The notes under the pieces are model-generated. The model ran no database searches and had not been told where the DNA came from. It worked only from the letters and a program-made list of their open reading frames with translations. 64,000 nt of DNA from an uncultured Phycisphaerales bacterium (lineage in GTDB: Bacteria > Planctomycetota > Phycisphaerae > Tepidisphaerales > Tepidisphaeraceae), in NCBI GenBank assembly GCA_963755915.1, contig CAVWLP010000002.1, forward strand, positions 4,032,001 to 4,096,000, written 5' to 3'. The position numbers were made by a program, and so were the translations under genes. Below are positions 20,508 to 31,121 of the stretch, piece by piece; within the stretch, counting starts at the first letter, position 1; every line of letters starts with the position of its first letter.

Positions 20508-21740
20508 ATGACGGCGAAGCCGAGTCGAACGCGCAAGGAAGGCCAGGCAAAGACAGGATTAACGGCGAAACTGCCGCGGCGGTTTCCAAGCGTCGCCCTG
20601 CTGGTGGAAACGACGCGGTCCTACGGGCGGGATTTGTTGCGCGGCATCAATGATTACGCGCAAATCCGGGGTCCGTGGCTGTTTCATTTGCCGAACGACA
20701 TACCGATTCTGGGGATACCACCGGCGGACGAATGGCGGGGCGACGGGATCATCGCGCAGCCGAGGCAGAACAAGGAATTCGTCCGGCAATTGGTTGAAGT
20801 GGGGATTCCGGTGGTGACGCTGTCGGGTCCGCCGGGGACGGGCGGGCTGCCGGCCGTGCGGGGAAATCACAACGCGGTGGCGGACCTGGCAATGGCGCAT
20901 TTCCGCGACCGGGGATTCGTGCGCTTTGCATATTGCGGAGCGCCGAACGAATGGGATTGGCCCCCGACGGGGAAGAATTTTCAGCGTCTGGCCGAAGAGG
21001 TGGGGATGCAATGCGAGATTTACCATCCACGGGAAGATCCCGGGAGCCATACGCTGCAAATCGCTTCGCTTGGCGAGTGGCTGAAATCGCTGCGGAAGCC
21101 GGTGGGGCTGCTGGCGTCGAACGATAACCGGGCGCGGGAAGTTTTGGACGCGTGCAGATCGGAGGGGATTTTCGTGCCCGAAGAGGTGGCGGTGCTGGGC
21201 GTGAATGACGACGAATTGATTTGCGAGCTTGCCAACCCGCCGCTGTCGAGCGTGATCCATAATGCGCGGCGGATTGGGTACGAGGCGGCGGCGATGCTCG
21301 ACCAGCTTATGTCTGGCAAGACGGTGACGAACGATGTGATTATGGATCCGCTGGGCGTACATGCGAGAAAATCGACCGATTTGCTGGCGATCGAAGATCC
21401 GGAAGTCGCCAAAGCGGTGCGGTTTATCCGCGAGCATGCTTGCGACGGGATTCGCGTTGAGAATGTTCTGGAAGAAGTGGCGATGTCGCGGCGATCGTTT
21501 GAGAAGCGGTTCCGGCAGGCGCTGGGACGGCCGCCGCACATGGAGATTCGGCGGGTGCAGTTGGAAAGGGTGAGGCAACTGCTGGTGGGAAGCGATTTTA
21601 AGCTGCAAAAAATCGCGGAAGCGGCGGGATTTTCGTCGGCGCAATATCTGGCCGGGCTTTTTCATCAAACGATGGGGATGACGCCGGGGGCGTGGCGGCA
21701 GGCGGGGCGGTCGAGTGGGTCGAAGAGCGGCGAGAAATAA
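20508..21740 (+). CDS. XylR-type transcriptional regulator (periplasmic-binding-protein-like sensor + AraC HTH)
   Basis: VALLVETTRSYGRDLLRGI, VPEEVAVLGVNDD, PPLSSV, RKSTD, C-terminal AraC double HTH. Confidence 0.9.
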   Translation: MTAKPSRTRKEGQAKTGLTAKLPRRFPSVALLVETTRSYGRDLLRGINDYAQIRGPWLFHLPNDIPILGIPPADEWRGDGIIAQPRQNKEFVRQLVEVGIPVVTLSGPPGTGGLPAVRGNHNAVADLAMAHFRDRGFVRFAYCGAPNEWDWPPTGKNFQRLAEEVGMQCEIYHPREDPGSHTLQIASLGEWLKSLRKPVGLLASNDNRAREVLDACRSEGIFVPEEVAVLGVNDDELICELANPPLSSVIHNARRIGYEAAAMLDQLMSGKTVTNDVIMDPLGVHARKSTDLLAIEDPEVAKAVRFIREHACDGIRVENVLEEVAMSRRSFEKRFRQALGRPPHMEIRRVQLERVRQLLVGSDFKLQKIAEAAGFSSAQYLAGLFHQTMGMTPGAWRQAGRSSGSKSGEK

Positions 21741-21766
21741 AACGAAATGGGCCATAGAGCAGACTG

Positions 21767-23794
21767 ATGCTAGATCTGGATGAATCCCCCGTATCGATTG
21801 AAGAGCAGAAACCCGCCGTCACGCTGCGCAGCGTGTTGCTGGGGTTGATCGCGGTGGTGGTGGTATGCGCGGTCACCCCGTTCAACGATTACGTGCTTTC
21901 GAATACCAGCCTGAGCGCGGGGTTTATGCCGCTGGGGATGGTGCTGATTCTGTTTGTGCTGGTGGTGGGGATAAACGGGACGCTGCACCGCTGGTTTCCG
22001 CGGCGGGCGCTGGGTACGGGAGAACTGGCGATCATCGTGCTGATGACGCTGGTCGCGTGCAGTTTGCCGAATTGGGGAATGATGCGGTTTCTGGTGCCGA
22101 TGCCGGTGACGGCGTTTCACATGGGTGCGCGGGACGAGCTTTTCTGGAACGCGTTTACGGGGATGAATCTGCCGAAATGGTTGTTTCCGGTGGCGGACAT
22201 CCAAAGCGGGCGTACGAGTCCGATCGTTCAGTGGTTCTTTAATCGGGTGCCGGCGGGGTCGGCGATTCCGTATCGGGCGTGGTTGATTCCGCTGGCGGGG
22301 TGGGGTGTGTTTGCGGGGGCGATGATGTTGACGCTGGGATCGCTGGCGCGGCTGGTGCTCGACCAGTGGGCCCTGAATGAACGATTGCCGTTTCCGATCG
22401 CCCAGGTGCAGACGGCGCTGATCGAGGCTCCCGAACCGGGATTTGCGCTCAACAGGCTGTTTCGCGATCCCGTCCTCTGGATCGGGCTGTGCGGGGTGCT
22501 CGGGATTCAACTGCTTTCGATCCTCAACACTTATTTTCCCAGGCATGTTCCGGTGGTGTCGCTGAAGTTTGACCTCAGCGGGATTCTGTCGGAAGAGCCG
22601 TTTATTTATTTACGGCCGCGGCTGAAAAAATCGTTCCTGTCGTTCACGGTGGTGGGAATGACGTATTTTATCCGGTCGCGGGCGGCGTTCAGCTTGTGGG
22701 CGACGTTTGTGGTGCTGAACCTCATCGATATGGAACAGGGGATGAGACAGGCGGATATTTCGCCGGCGGCTTACGCGGACCAGCATCTGGGCGCGTGCGT
22801 GGCGTTCGTTCTGGGGATCGCATGGGTGGGCAGGCATTACTGGCTGCGCGTGCTGCGAAATGCGTTTGGCGGCGGGGGTAATCGGGGGGGTGATCGAAGC
22901 GGGCGGGCTTCGTTCTGGCTGGCGTGTATTGGGATTGCAACGATGCTGGGGTGGTTGTCGATTGTGGGGACGCATTTTTTTATGGCAGTGATGATCGTTG
23001 GTTTTATTGTCATGGGGCAATTGGTTGTGGCCCGGGTGGTGGCGGAGACGGGGATGACGTTTTTCCGGACCAGCGCGGTATCGTCGCAGATTTACACGAA
23101 TACGCCGGCCAAGTGGTATAACACGAACGACATTTATTTTGGGGGCGTTTTCACGCTGCTTGGGGCTTATGCGACGCGCGAGGGGCTGACGACGTTGGCG
23201 ACGACCGGTCTTGTGGTCTGCAAGAACGCGGGCGTGGGGGTGCGAAATCCACGGCGGATTGGGTGGGTGATTGCGCTGGCGCTGGGGGTGGGGTTTGCGG
23301 TGGCGGCTTGTACCACGCTCTGGTGCCAGTATTCGTATCCGACGCCGGCGGCGCAAACGGCGATACCGCAGCGGAATTATTTTGGGGCCGAGGCGTTTCC
23401 GCAGCGGGAGATTGGGGCGGGGGTCGATCAGTTCGGCAAGGGGCGTTTCGCGCCGAAGGAATATAATTCGCCGCTGCATATGGGGATTGGGTTTGGGGTG
23501 ACGGCGCTGCTGGAGGGGGCATCACTGCGATGGGCGAGTTGGCCGTTTTTGCCGGTGGGGTTTGTGGCGAGCTATGGGACGCCCATTGGGGATGCTTGGT
23601 TCAGCATTTTCGTGGGTTGGCTGGCGCAGTTGCTGATCGTGCGTTTCGGCGGTGCCCGCTTCTATCAACGGGCGAAGCCATTTTTCATTGGACTTATTTT
23701 TGGGGAGGGTTTGGCGGCGGGAATCTGGATCATCGTGAATGCTTTGATTGTGCTCAACGGCGGGGCGTCGCAAAGCGTGAAGTTTATTATGTAG
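21767..23794 (+). CDS. DUF6785/DUF6784-like polytopic membrane protein (putative transporter)
   Basis: 675 aa with many TM segments. Contains QWALNERLPFP, ARVVAETG, WPFLPVG and YQRAKPFFIGLIFGE, motifs recalled for this family. Confidence 0.7.
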   Translation: MLDLDESPVSIEEQKPAVTLRSVLLGLIAVVVVCAVTPFNDYVLSNTSLSAGFMPLGMVLILFVLVVGINGTLHRWFPRRALGTGELAIIVLMTLVACSLPNWGMMRFLVPMPVTAFHMGARDELFWNAFTGMNLPKWLFPVADIQSGRTSPIVQWFFNRVPAGSAIPYRAWLIPLAGWGVFAGAMMLTLGSLARLVLDQWALNERLPFPIAQVQTALIEAPEPGFALNRLFRDPVLWIGLCGVLGIQLLSILNTYFPRHVPVVSLKFDLSGILSEEPFIYLRPRLKKSFLSFTVVGMTYFIRSRAAFSLWATFVVLNLIDMEQGMRQADISPAAYADQHLGACVAFVLGIAWVGRHYWLRVLRNAFGGGGNRGGDRSGRASFWLACIGIATMLGWLSIVGTHFFMAVMIVGFIVMGQLVVARVVAETGMTFFRTSAVSSQIYTNTPAKWYNTNDIYFGGVFTLLGAYATREGLTTLATTGLVVCKNAGVGVRNPRRIGWVIALALGVGFAVAACTTLWCQYSYPTPAAQTAIPQRNYFGAEAFPQREIGAGVDQFGKGRFAPKEYNSPLHMGIGFGVTALLEGASLRWASWPFLPVGFVASYGTPIGDAWFSIFVGWLAQLLIVRFGGARFYQRAKPFFIGLIFGEGLAAGIWIIVNALIVLNGGASQSVKFIM

Positions 23795-24776
23795 AGCGAA
23801 GGTCGGCGCTGGTGGCGAGGGCAATGGCGCGGCCGCGATTTCCGACCGCGCAGTAGAAGTGATAGACAATCCCCTTCCAATGGACGAGCCAGGGTTTATG
23901 AGCGAAGGTGGCGTCCCACGGCTCCGACGGCTCGACGAGATGGGGGCCATGCCATCGGGTCCAGTTCACCAGATCGTGGGAGCAGGCGAACGTGTCGAAA
24001 GCTTTGGGCTTCCAGACATGGCCGAAATAGAACATGACCCAGAGGTCGCCGATGCGGACGACCTGGGGATCGCCGGAGATTCCGCGTGGGCCGTTGTCGA
24101 TGACGGGGCCGGGGCCGTGGCGCTTCCAGTGGGTCATGTCGTCGGAGAGGGCCATGCCGATGCGCTCCGTGCCGGGTCCCTGCTGTTTTGCGTTGTAGAA
24201 CATCACGAAAGGGGAGCCCAGGGATTTGGAGGGGTCCTGGATGATGTTGCTTTTGTAGAGGGTGGCTTTTTCGAAGGGGCGGGCGTCGGGATCGCCGGGG
24301 CCGAGGACGGGGTTATTGCTTAAGCGCGTGCATTCCTGCGCCGCCGAGGGATCTTGCGTCCAGGCGATGCCGATGGAGAGGGGATCGGGTTCATAGCCTG
24401 GCAGAGCGCCGCCGATGTAACTGAGCCAATATCTGCCGTCGAATTGGTGTAGAGCATGGTCGCCGTCCCATTGAACATCGGCCAGGGCGATGCCGCCGTC
24501 GGCCTGGCAATGGTCCCAGCCGTCCTCGCGGAAGGAGAGGATTTTTCCCAGCGGCTGCCAATTCAGGAGATTGTCGCTGACGGCAAGGTGGGTCTCGTAG
24601 CCGATTTTGTCGGTGTTGGCGACGTAAACCATAAACCAGCGGTTTTCAAAACGAAAAACGCTGGGGCAGTCGTAGAGGGATCCTTGCGGGGGCTGGAGGA
24701 CGATTCCATATTTGAACGGGGTTTTTGTTTGATCGTATATGACCTGCATCAAATCGGGGGCGACTTCGTTTTGCAT
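23787..24776 (-). CDS. Five-bladed beta-propeller glycosidase, GH137-like (beta-L-arabinofuranosidase)
   Basis: YDQTKTPFKYG, DCPSVF, GYETHLAVSDNLLNW, FAHKP, YHFYCAV resemble the recalled GH137 domain of BT0996. Confidence 0.7.
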   Translation of the reverse strand: MQNEVAPDLMQVIYDQTKTPFKYGIVLQPPQGSLYDCPSVFRFENRWFMVYVANTDKIGYETHLAVSDNLLNWQPLGKILSFREDGWDHCQADGGIALADVQWDGDHALHQFDGRYWLSYIGGALPGYEPDPLSIGIAWTQDPSAAQECTRLSNNPVLGPGDPDARPFEKATLYKSNIIQDPSKSLGSPFVMFYNAKQQGPGTERIGMALSDDMTHWKRHGPGPVIDNGPRGISGDPQVVRIGDLWVMFYFGHVWKPKAFDTFACSHDLVNWTRWHGPHLVEPSEPWDATFAHKPWLVHWKGIVYHFYCAVGNRGRAIALATSADLRST

Positions 24777-24788
24777 GGGTGAGCCTTC

Positions 24789-26825
24789 TTACAGCTTTTT
24801 ATCGAGCGCCGGAGTTCGCGCCGGTTCGTCGGCTAGATTGTGATGAGCGATGACGCGGCCGTCGTCGCGGCTGTCGCGGCGGACGTCTCGCAGCGCGGTG
24901 AAAAACAAACGCATGTCGCGAATTCCGCCGAAGGTGAACCAGACCAGGGTTACGAGCGATACGCCAAAGGGAACGACGATCGCGAGGATCAGCCAGTAGT
25001 CGGCCCACCAGCGCGCGGGCCACCAATGCCAGAGAAAATTCCAGGCCATGATCACGAGGTTGACGGCGACCAATGCCATCGCCCACCAGAATATGGAACT
25101 GGAAAGAATCTTGTCGCCAAGGGTGAAGTTTTCATCGAAGCGAAAGACGCTGCCCAGGCGGAAGCGCTCACGGAGGGGCCTGGTTTTCGGCGCTTCGCCC
25201 GAAACGGCGTATTGGCCGCGGTGGAGCATTCGGTCGAGATTGAATCCGTCGCGGCAGGTAATCAGGGAGACGATCACGTAAACCGAGGCGGCGACGACTT
25301 GGGCGATGAAGCTGGAGACCTGGTAGTTAAACCAGAACTTGTCGGGGAGGTGGATCCCGAGATGAATGAGGGGCGGGCGGAGGATCCGCAACATTGCCGG
25401 CCAGAAGCTGCCGAAGAGAATGCCGAGGAGGCAGAGGACTGAGCCTGAAATCGCGGCGGCCCAGGCGGCGGAGGCGGTTCCTTTTTTCCAGTAGAGTCCA
25501 CCGATGATCGCCGCGCCGGCGCCTGCTGAAAAGACCGCGCCGGTGAGCAGCCACCAGAGGAAGATATATTCCGTCTGCGGGAAAAACGTGCTGAAGACAA
25601 AGGCGAAGCAGGCGACGCCGATGATCGCGGCGCGGATTGCCCAGATGTGCGCGCGGCGACAGGGCCTCCTTTCTGAGCGGTAAGATGAAATCCTGCACGA
25701 GAATGCTGCCCCAGGAGTGCAGATGGCCGCCGTCGGAGGAGAGCAGGCCCATTACCATGAGGCGCAGAAGAGGCCCTTGATTCCGGTTGGGAGCAGGAAT
25801 CGCAGGGAAATGGGGACTGTCAACTGCTGCTGGAGATAACCGGCGTCAACGGAGTTGATAGCATTTTGGATGGGCACAGCCTGCTTAGCGAACGCCGGAT
25901 CGCGCAGATAGGTGATGGCGCAGATGCTGAGCACCAGGATCATGAGGGTGCCGGCGTAGCCGCGCCATTCGCCCAGGACATTAGCCATGCGCGATTCGTG
26001 GGCGGTTCGGGCGGCGCTGTTGAAACCCTGGCGCTGCTGGAAGGTCATGGTTCCGTAGATGCGCGTGAAGGTGCCCATGAGGATGAACCAGAGGTTGAAA
26101 TCCTGTACCTTGGAAGCGTCGAAGGGATTCAGGGGGGAATGGCCCGCGGGGGCTGCGGCCATCATATCGACGATGCGATGCCAGCGGACGATATAAAGCA
26201 CCACGATGGCGATGATGATGTAGATAAGCTGCGAAAAGATTCCCTCGAGGCAGCAGGCGATCATGATCGTCGCCTGGCCGCCGATGAGAACGATGGTAAC
26301 GGTGCAGGCGAGATAGATGAGCATGATGAGGGAAAAAGTGGAGATGTGGATCGGGCCGATCTCGGCTGTGGGGGGCAGATCGAGGAAGTAGATGAAGAAG
26401 CGGGCATTGATTGCCGGGAAGACGCCGTAGTTGAGGATTCCGCCGATGAAGGCGAGCATTCCCATGAAGAGGCGGAAACCGCGGGTGTAGCGGATTTCGA
26501 GGAATTGCGCCAGCGTGAGGGCGCGGGTTTCGCGAAAACGGTAGTAGACGAAACCGGAGATGGCGATGGCCAGGACGACCGGATAGGTGAGGTTATTCCA
26601 ATAGCTGAGGACGAAGCCGGAGACGAGAAAGATTTCGAAGCGGGACATTGTGCTGGCGAGGCCGGAATCGGCTTCGCCCTTGGCATTGGCGAGGAGGTAT
26701 CGTCCGGCGCAGCGCCCGCCGGAGAGGAAATCGGCGACGCCTTTGACAAATTGGTTGGTGTAGAGCGCGAACGCGAAAATCACGAGCAGGGGGACGAAGA
26801 CGAAAATCCAGTCGATGAGATGCAT
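24789..26825 (-). CDS. Sodium:solute symporter family protein; at least two frameshifts in 25390-25760
   Basis: MHLIDW...DFLSGGRCAGRYL, YRFRETRALTLAQFLEIRY, GGLYWKKG. Split over ORFs 25752-26825, 25327-25758 and 24789-25394. Confidence 0.85.
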
Positions 26826-26939
26826 TCAGGCGGTTGAAGAGTAACGGGCTGTCACGGCCGCACATATTACGATATCGCGCATTTGTTTTGCAGGAAGACG
26901 CTGTGGGAAGCCCTGTGTAAATTTTGATCGCGGCATTGA

Positions 26940-26978
26940 AATTCGAATTCCCCACGGCGGCGCCGTGGGCGTTCCCAG
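26940..26978. repeat. Palindromic element A (uninterrupted copy)
   Basis: AATTCGAATTCCCCACGGCGGCGCCGTGGGCGTTCCCAG, immediately after the stop of the gene ending at 26980. Confidence 0.85.
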
Positions 26979-26979
26979 A

Positions 26980-28725
26980 TCATGGTGACCCACGATTGCC
27001 AGAGGCTTGATCGGGGCCAGCTGGAATGATGCTGAGGTTGGAAATACGGAAGGAGAATCTGCGGGCGGGGTGGTCGGTACCGGGTGGAACGGGTTTGGCG
27101 CCGCCGATGCCGCGCCAGGTCCCGGTGCGGAAGGAAAGGCGGTGCAGGGGGGCGGGGGATTCGGCGAAGGGGGCATCGGGCAGGATGGTGGCGCCGTTGA
27201 TTGAAACCGAGAAACGGCCGCGATCGGCGTCGGCCTCGATTTGAAAATGGGCGAACTTTGCGCCGAGGAGTGAGGGGTTGATGTTTCCGTCATTGGCGAT
27301 TCTGAGCCGGACCAATCGTCGGGAACCAAACTTGCTGAGCAGATCGATTTCGAGGGCGCCGTCGTCAGTGCGATCAATTTCAAGATCGAAAGTGACGGTG
27401 ATTCTTGCCGACTCGGCAAACACGCGGGTCGCCTGGGCGTAGTCGTAAGGATCTTCATTCGTCAGTCGCAGGACGCCTGCGGCGATTTCGACGGAGGACC
27501 AGTTTGGCCGGTAGATATTCCAGCCGGGAATAAATGGGCCCGGGGGGAAGCTGCTGAAATCGTCGTTGACGGTTGCCGTTTCCTGGGAGTTTAGGGGCAG
27601 AGGAACCCGGCTTACCCAGATGTCCTCCTTATTCATGCTGTAGGTCAGCCACATCGCGTTGTCATTGCGCGAGCCGTCGTCGGCCCAGTGTGAAATGCCG
27701 CGGACGTATTGGGGGCCGATGCTGCGGTGCAGGCCGGCGTAGCGCTGGATGGGGAGTTCGCCCTGGATGATGCGCATGTCGGCGAAGTTGACGCCGTCGG
27801 AGCTGGTGACGGCTACAAGGGGGTATCGGCTCGATTTCGACGGGTTAAAGACCAACACGTAGCGGCCGTCGCGGGTGCGCTGGGACCAGACTTTGGCTTT
27901 GCCGGTGATGAGCGACGCCGGGACGCTGGGCTGCGACCAGGTTTTTCCGTCGTCCGTGGAGGCCGTGACCCAGCCCATCTTGCTGATGCCGACCCAGGCG
28001 TTGTCGGCGCGGCGGAAGAAGGAGAAGGCTTTGCCGCAGACCCATTTTTCGTTTTCGCCCGGGACCGCGCCACCGGGCCAGGCGGCGGGGTCGTGCCACT
28101 TCATGCGGCGTGGGCCTAGCAAGCGGCCGCGATCCTGTTGTTCTAAGAACATGCGGTCGGCCAGAAGTTCCCGGCAGGCTTGTTTGAAGGCGTCGTCGCT
28201 GGAGGTGTCGAAGCGCGGGGCGGGCAGTTTGATGGACTGCGAGGCCTGGAGGGTGAAGACGTCGGCGAGGGAATGATCGGGCCGGATTTCGCGGACGACC
28301 AGGGCGCTTTTGCGGTCTTCGCTGGTTTCCTGCTGGTCCGTGCGCAGGCCGGCGATTGCCAGCATGCGGTCGTTGGATGCGCGGTAGAAATACATGCGCA
28401 GGCAGGTCGAGATGCCCTGGGGAAAAAGTTCCACTGGGTCGGTCCAGCCGGAGCCGTCCGTGGAGGTGCTATATAGTTCACGCGAAGGCCAGACATCTTC
28501 ATCGCGCTGGCAGGAGTTCCACCCGACGTAGAGGCGGCCTTTCCAGCAGGCCATGTCGACGTGATGGTGATAGGTCCAGCCGAGTTGGTCGGTTAGGTCG
28601 GGAACGTCGGAGGAGGCGCGGAAGATCTGGAAGGAATGGACGCCGGGCATTGGGGGAAGGCCGCCGTCGGGGAGGGTTGGATTGAGGAGCGATTGCTCGC
28701 GGCCGTGAATCTGCAGAACGTCCAT
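26980..28725 (-). CDS. Sialidase-fold beta-propeller, GH143-like (DHA hydrolase)
   Basis: Asp-boxes STDGSGW, STDDGKTW and SSDGVNF. DGGLPPMPGVH...GWTYHH, GPQYVRGI and TYSMNKEDIWVS resemble the recalled N-terminal domain of BT1020. Confidence 0.7.
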   Translation of the reverse strand: MDVLQIHGREQSLLNPTLPDGGLPPMPGVHSFQIFRASSDVPDLTDQLGWTYHHHVDMACWKGRLYVGWNSCQRDEDVWPSRELYSTSTDGSGWTDPVELFPQGISTCLRMYFYRASNDRMLAIAGLRTDQQETSEDRKSALVVREIRPDHSLADVFTLQASQSIKLPAPRFDTSSDDAFKQACRELLADRMFLEQQDRGRLLGPRRMKWHDPAAWPGGAVPGENEKWVCGKAFSFFRRADNAWVGISKMGWVTASTDDGKTWSQPSVPASLITGKAKVWSQRTRDGRYVLVFNPSKSSRYPLVAVTSSDGVNFADMRIIQGELPIQRYAGLHRSIGPQYVRGISHWADDGSRNDNAMWLTYSMNKEDIWVSRVPLPLNSQETATVNDDFSSFPPGPFIPGWNIYRPNWSSVEIAAGVLRLTNEDPYDYAQATRVFAESARITVTFDLEIDRTDDGALEIDLLSKFGSRRLVRLRIANDGNINPSLLGAKFAHFQIEADADRGRFSVSINGATILPDAPFAESPAPLHRLSFRTGTWRGIGGAKPVPPGTDHPARRFSFRISNLSIIPAGPDQASGNRGSP

Positions 28726-28728
28726 GGT

Positions 28729-31113
28729 TTATCCCTGAAGATGAAGCTGGCCGTCAATTTTGTAGGAATTGCCGGGGGTGGTTTGCAGCGACAGTTCATG
28801 CCCGGCGCTGCGAATCAGGCAGGGGGTTCCGAACTTTGAGCGGACGACGGCCGAAACAAGTTTTCCATCGCTCCAGGTCATATCAACTTCAAAACCTCCG
28901 CGGGCACAAAGCCCGGTGACGGAACCGGAAGGCCAGGCCTTGGGCAGGGCCGGAAGGAGGTCGATTTGAATGACATTCGGCTGGCCGGGGGGGTGCAGGT
29001 GGCTTTGGATAAGCATTTCGGCGATGCCGGCGGTGGCGCCGAAATTTCCGTCGACCTGGAAGGGGCCGCACTTGTCGAATAAATCGGAGAATGTTCGCTT
29101 GGCCAACTGAAGCGAGAGCTGGCGATAGGACATCTCGCCGTCATCGACGCGCGCCCAGAGGGGAATTCGCCAGGCGTAGGACCAGCCGGTGCTGCCGTCG
29201 CCGCGCCATTTTAAAAGGACCTTGGCGGCATCAAGAACGGTGGAATTTTCCGGCGTAAATTCGGAGCCTGGATAGAGGCCCCACAGGGGGGACATGTGGC
29301 GATGATTGTTGTTGGGCTTGTCGATGTCGTCCTGCCATTCCTGGAGCTGGCCATATTTGCCGATTTTGTCGGGGGCTAATTTCTCGCGAATGGATGCGAG
29401 TTGCTCGGCGAAGTCTTGATCGACGTTCAAAATATTTGAAGCTGCGATGGTGGAACCGAACAGGGCGCGGATCAACTGCATGTCCATCGCGGGGCCGGCG
29501 CAAAGGGTGCCTTCTTCGGGTGAAAACGATGGGCAGGTGACGAGGTAGCCGGTGGTCGGGTCTTTCACGAGTGAATCGACAAAAAACAGGGCGGCGCCCT
29601 TCATGGATGGATAAGCCACGGTTGCGAGGAATTTGGCGTCGCCGGTGAAGAGATAGTGTTGCCAGAGATGGCTGCAAAGCCAGGCGCCGCCGGTGGGCCA
29701 GATTCCGTCGATGTTGTTGATGGGGGCGGCGCCGCGCCAGATGTCGGTGTTGTGGTGAACGACCCAGCCGCGGGCGTGATAGAGATCGTGGGCGGTGCGG
29801 GCGCCGCTGATGGATAGATCGTTGATCATGTCGAAAAGCGGGCTCGCGCACTCGCTTAGGTTGGTCACTTCCGCGGGCCAGTAATTCATCTCGACGTTGA
29901 TGTTGGTGGTGTACTTGCTTTCCCATGGGGGATTGAGCAGTTCGTTCCAGACGCCTTGCAGATTCGCCGGCTGGGTTCCCGGGCGGCTGCTGGAAATGAG
30001 CATGTAGCGGCCAAACTGGAAGAAGAGTGCCGCCAGGGCGGGGTCGCGATCCAGCCCGGAGCTGCCGAGATGCTCGGGGGCTGGCGCATCCTTGGATTCG
30101 TTGCCGGTGTCGGCGGAAGCAACGACGCGCTTCAGGCGCTGATCGGTTGGGAGGTCGGCGATATCCGTATGACCAAGATCGAACGTGACACGGTCGAACA
30201 GCGACCTGAAGTCCGCGACGTGAGCGTCGCGCAGACTTTCGTACGATCTGCCCTGAAGTTTGGCGAGCATCTCATCGCAACGCTGCGCGGGATCGGCGCT
30301 GATGTCCTGGAAATTCCTGAAGCTGGTCGCGGCCACGAGTAAAAGTGTCGCGGTATCGGCGTTTTGAATGAGAATGCTGTTTCCCGCGACGGTGAGGCGG
30401 CCGCCGGTGTTTATCACCCGCAGGCGAGACTCGAAGCGCAGGCCCAATTCGAAGGGGGCTACGAGGTCGCGAACTTGGCCGGTCATTTTCAGCGTGCCTG
30501 GGGAGATGGCCGTCGTTTGGGAGATCTTGTGGGGGCTATCCATCGTCGCCGTGAAATTCAGGGTTCCGGGCTGGTTGGTGGAGAGATGAATGACGATGAC
30601 GTTGTCGGGATAGCTGGCGAAAACCGCGCGTTGAAAAAAAATGCCCGCGGCGCGATAGGAGGTGCGGGCGATGGCGGTATCGAGATCGAGTTGGCGGCGA
30701 TAGCCGGTGACTGCGGTCTGGCCCGGGAAATGCAGGTGAATATCGCCGAAGGGTTGATAGGCTTTTTGGCGGACGGGATCGCTGAGGAATTTCTTGCGGG
30801 CCAGGTCGGCGGCCTCGTTGACCTTGCCGGTGAAGACCAGTTGGCGAATCTCGGGAAGCACGTCGCCTGCGCCGGCGCGGTCGTAATTGTGGGGCTGGCC
30901 GGTCCAGAGGGTGTCTTCGTTGAACTGGATTCGTTCATCGGGGACGCCGCCGAAGACCATTGCGCCGAGGCGTCCGCTGCCGATGGGGAGGGCATCTTCC
31001 CAGGCGACGGCGGGCTGCTGATACCAGAGAGAGAGCGAATCACAGGAAGCGGCAAACAGCGGGGCCGTGGCCAGCAGGAAAACGATCGCGGCAAAGTGGA
31101 GGCTTCTGCTCAT
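28729..31113 (-). CDS. GH95 alpha-L-fucosidase/alpha-L-galactosidase with signal peptide
   Basis: ALPIGSGRLGAM, FQFGRYMLISSSR, PANLQGVWN, YTTNINVEMNYW, HRHMS, FQVDGNFG. Confidence 0.95.
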   Translation of the reverse strand: MSRSLHFAAIVFLLATAPLFAASCDSLSLWYQQPAVAWEDALPIGSGRLGAMVFGGVPDERIQFNEDTLWTGQPHNYDRAGAGDVLPEIRQLVFTGKVNEAADLARKKFLSDPVRQKAYQPFGDIHLHFPGQTAVTGYRRQLDLDTAIARTSYRAAGIFFQRAVFASYPDNVIVIHLSTNQPGTLNFTATMDSPHKISQTTAISPGTLKMTGQVRDLVAPFELGLRFESRLRVINTGGRLTVAGNSILIQNADTATLLLVAATSFRNFQDISADPAQRCDEMLAKLQGRSYESLRDAHVADFRSLFDRVTFDLGHTDIADLPTDQRLKRVVASADTGNESKDAPAPEHLGSSGLDRDPALAALFFQFGRYMLISSSRPGTQPANLQGVWNELLNPPWESKYTTNINVEMNYWPAEVTNLSECASPLFDMINDLSISGARTAHDLYHARGWVVHHNTDIWRGAAPINNIDGIWPTGGAWLCSHLWQHYLFTGDAKFLATVAYPSMKGAALFFVDSLVKDPTTGYLVTCPSFSPEEGTLCAGPAMDMQLIRALFGSTIAASNILNVDQDFAEQLASIREKLAPDKIGKYGQLQEWQDDIDKPNNNHRHMSPLWGLYPGSEFTPENSTVLDAAKVLLKWRGDGSTGWSYAWRIPLWARVDDGEMSYRQLSLQLAKRTFSDLFDKCGPFQVDGNFGATAGIAEMLIQSHLHPPGQPNVIQIDLLPALPKAWPSGSVTGLCARGGFEVDMTWSDGKLVSAVVRSKFGTPCLIRSAGHELSLQTTPGNSYKIDGQLHLQG

Positions 31114-31121
31114 GGACCCTT

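Noticed and set aside
538-26978. CRISPR array or IS element
   Set aside because: The repeats are dispersed with no regular repeat-spacer period, and no cas, transposase or integrase gene is seen.
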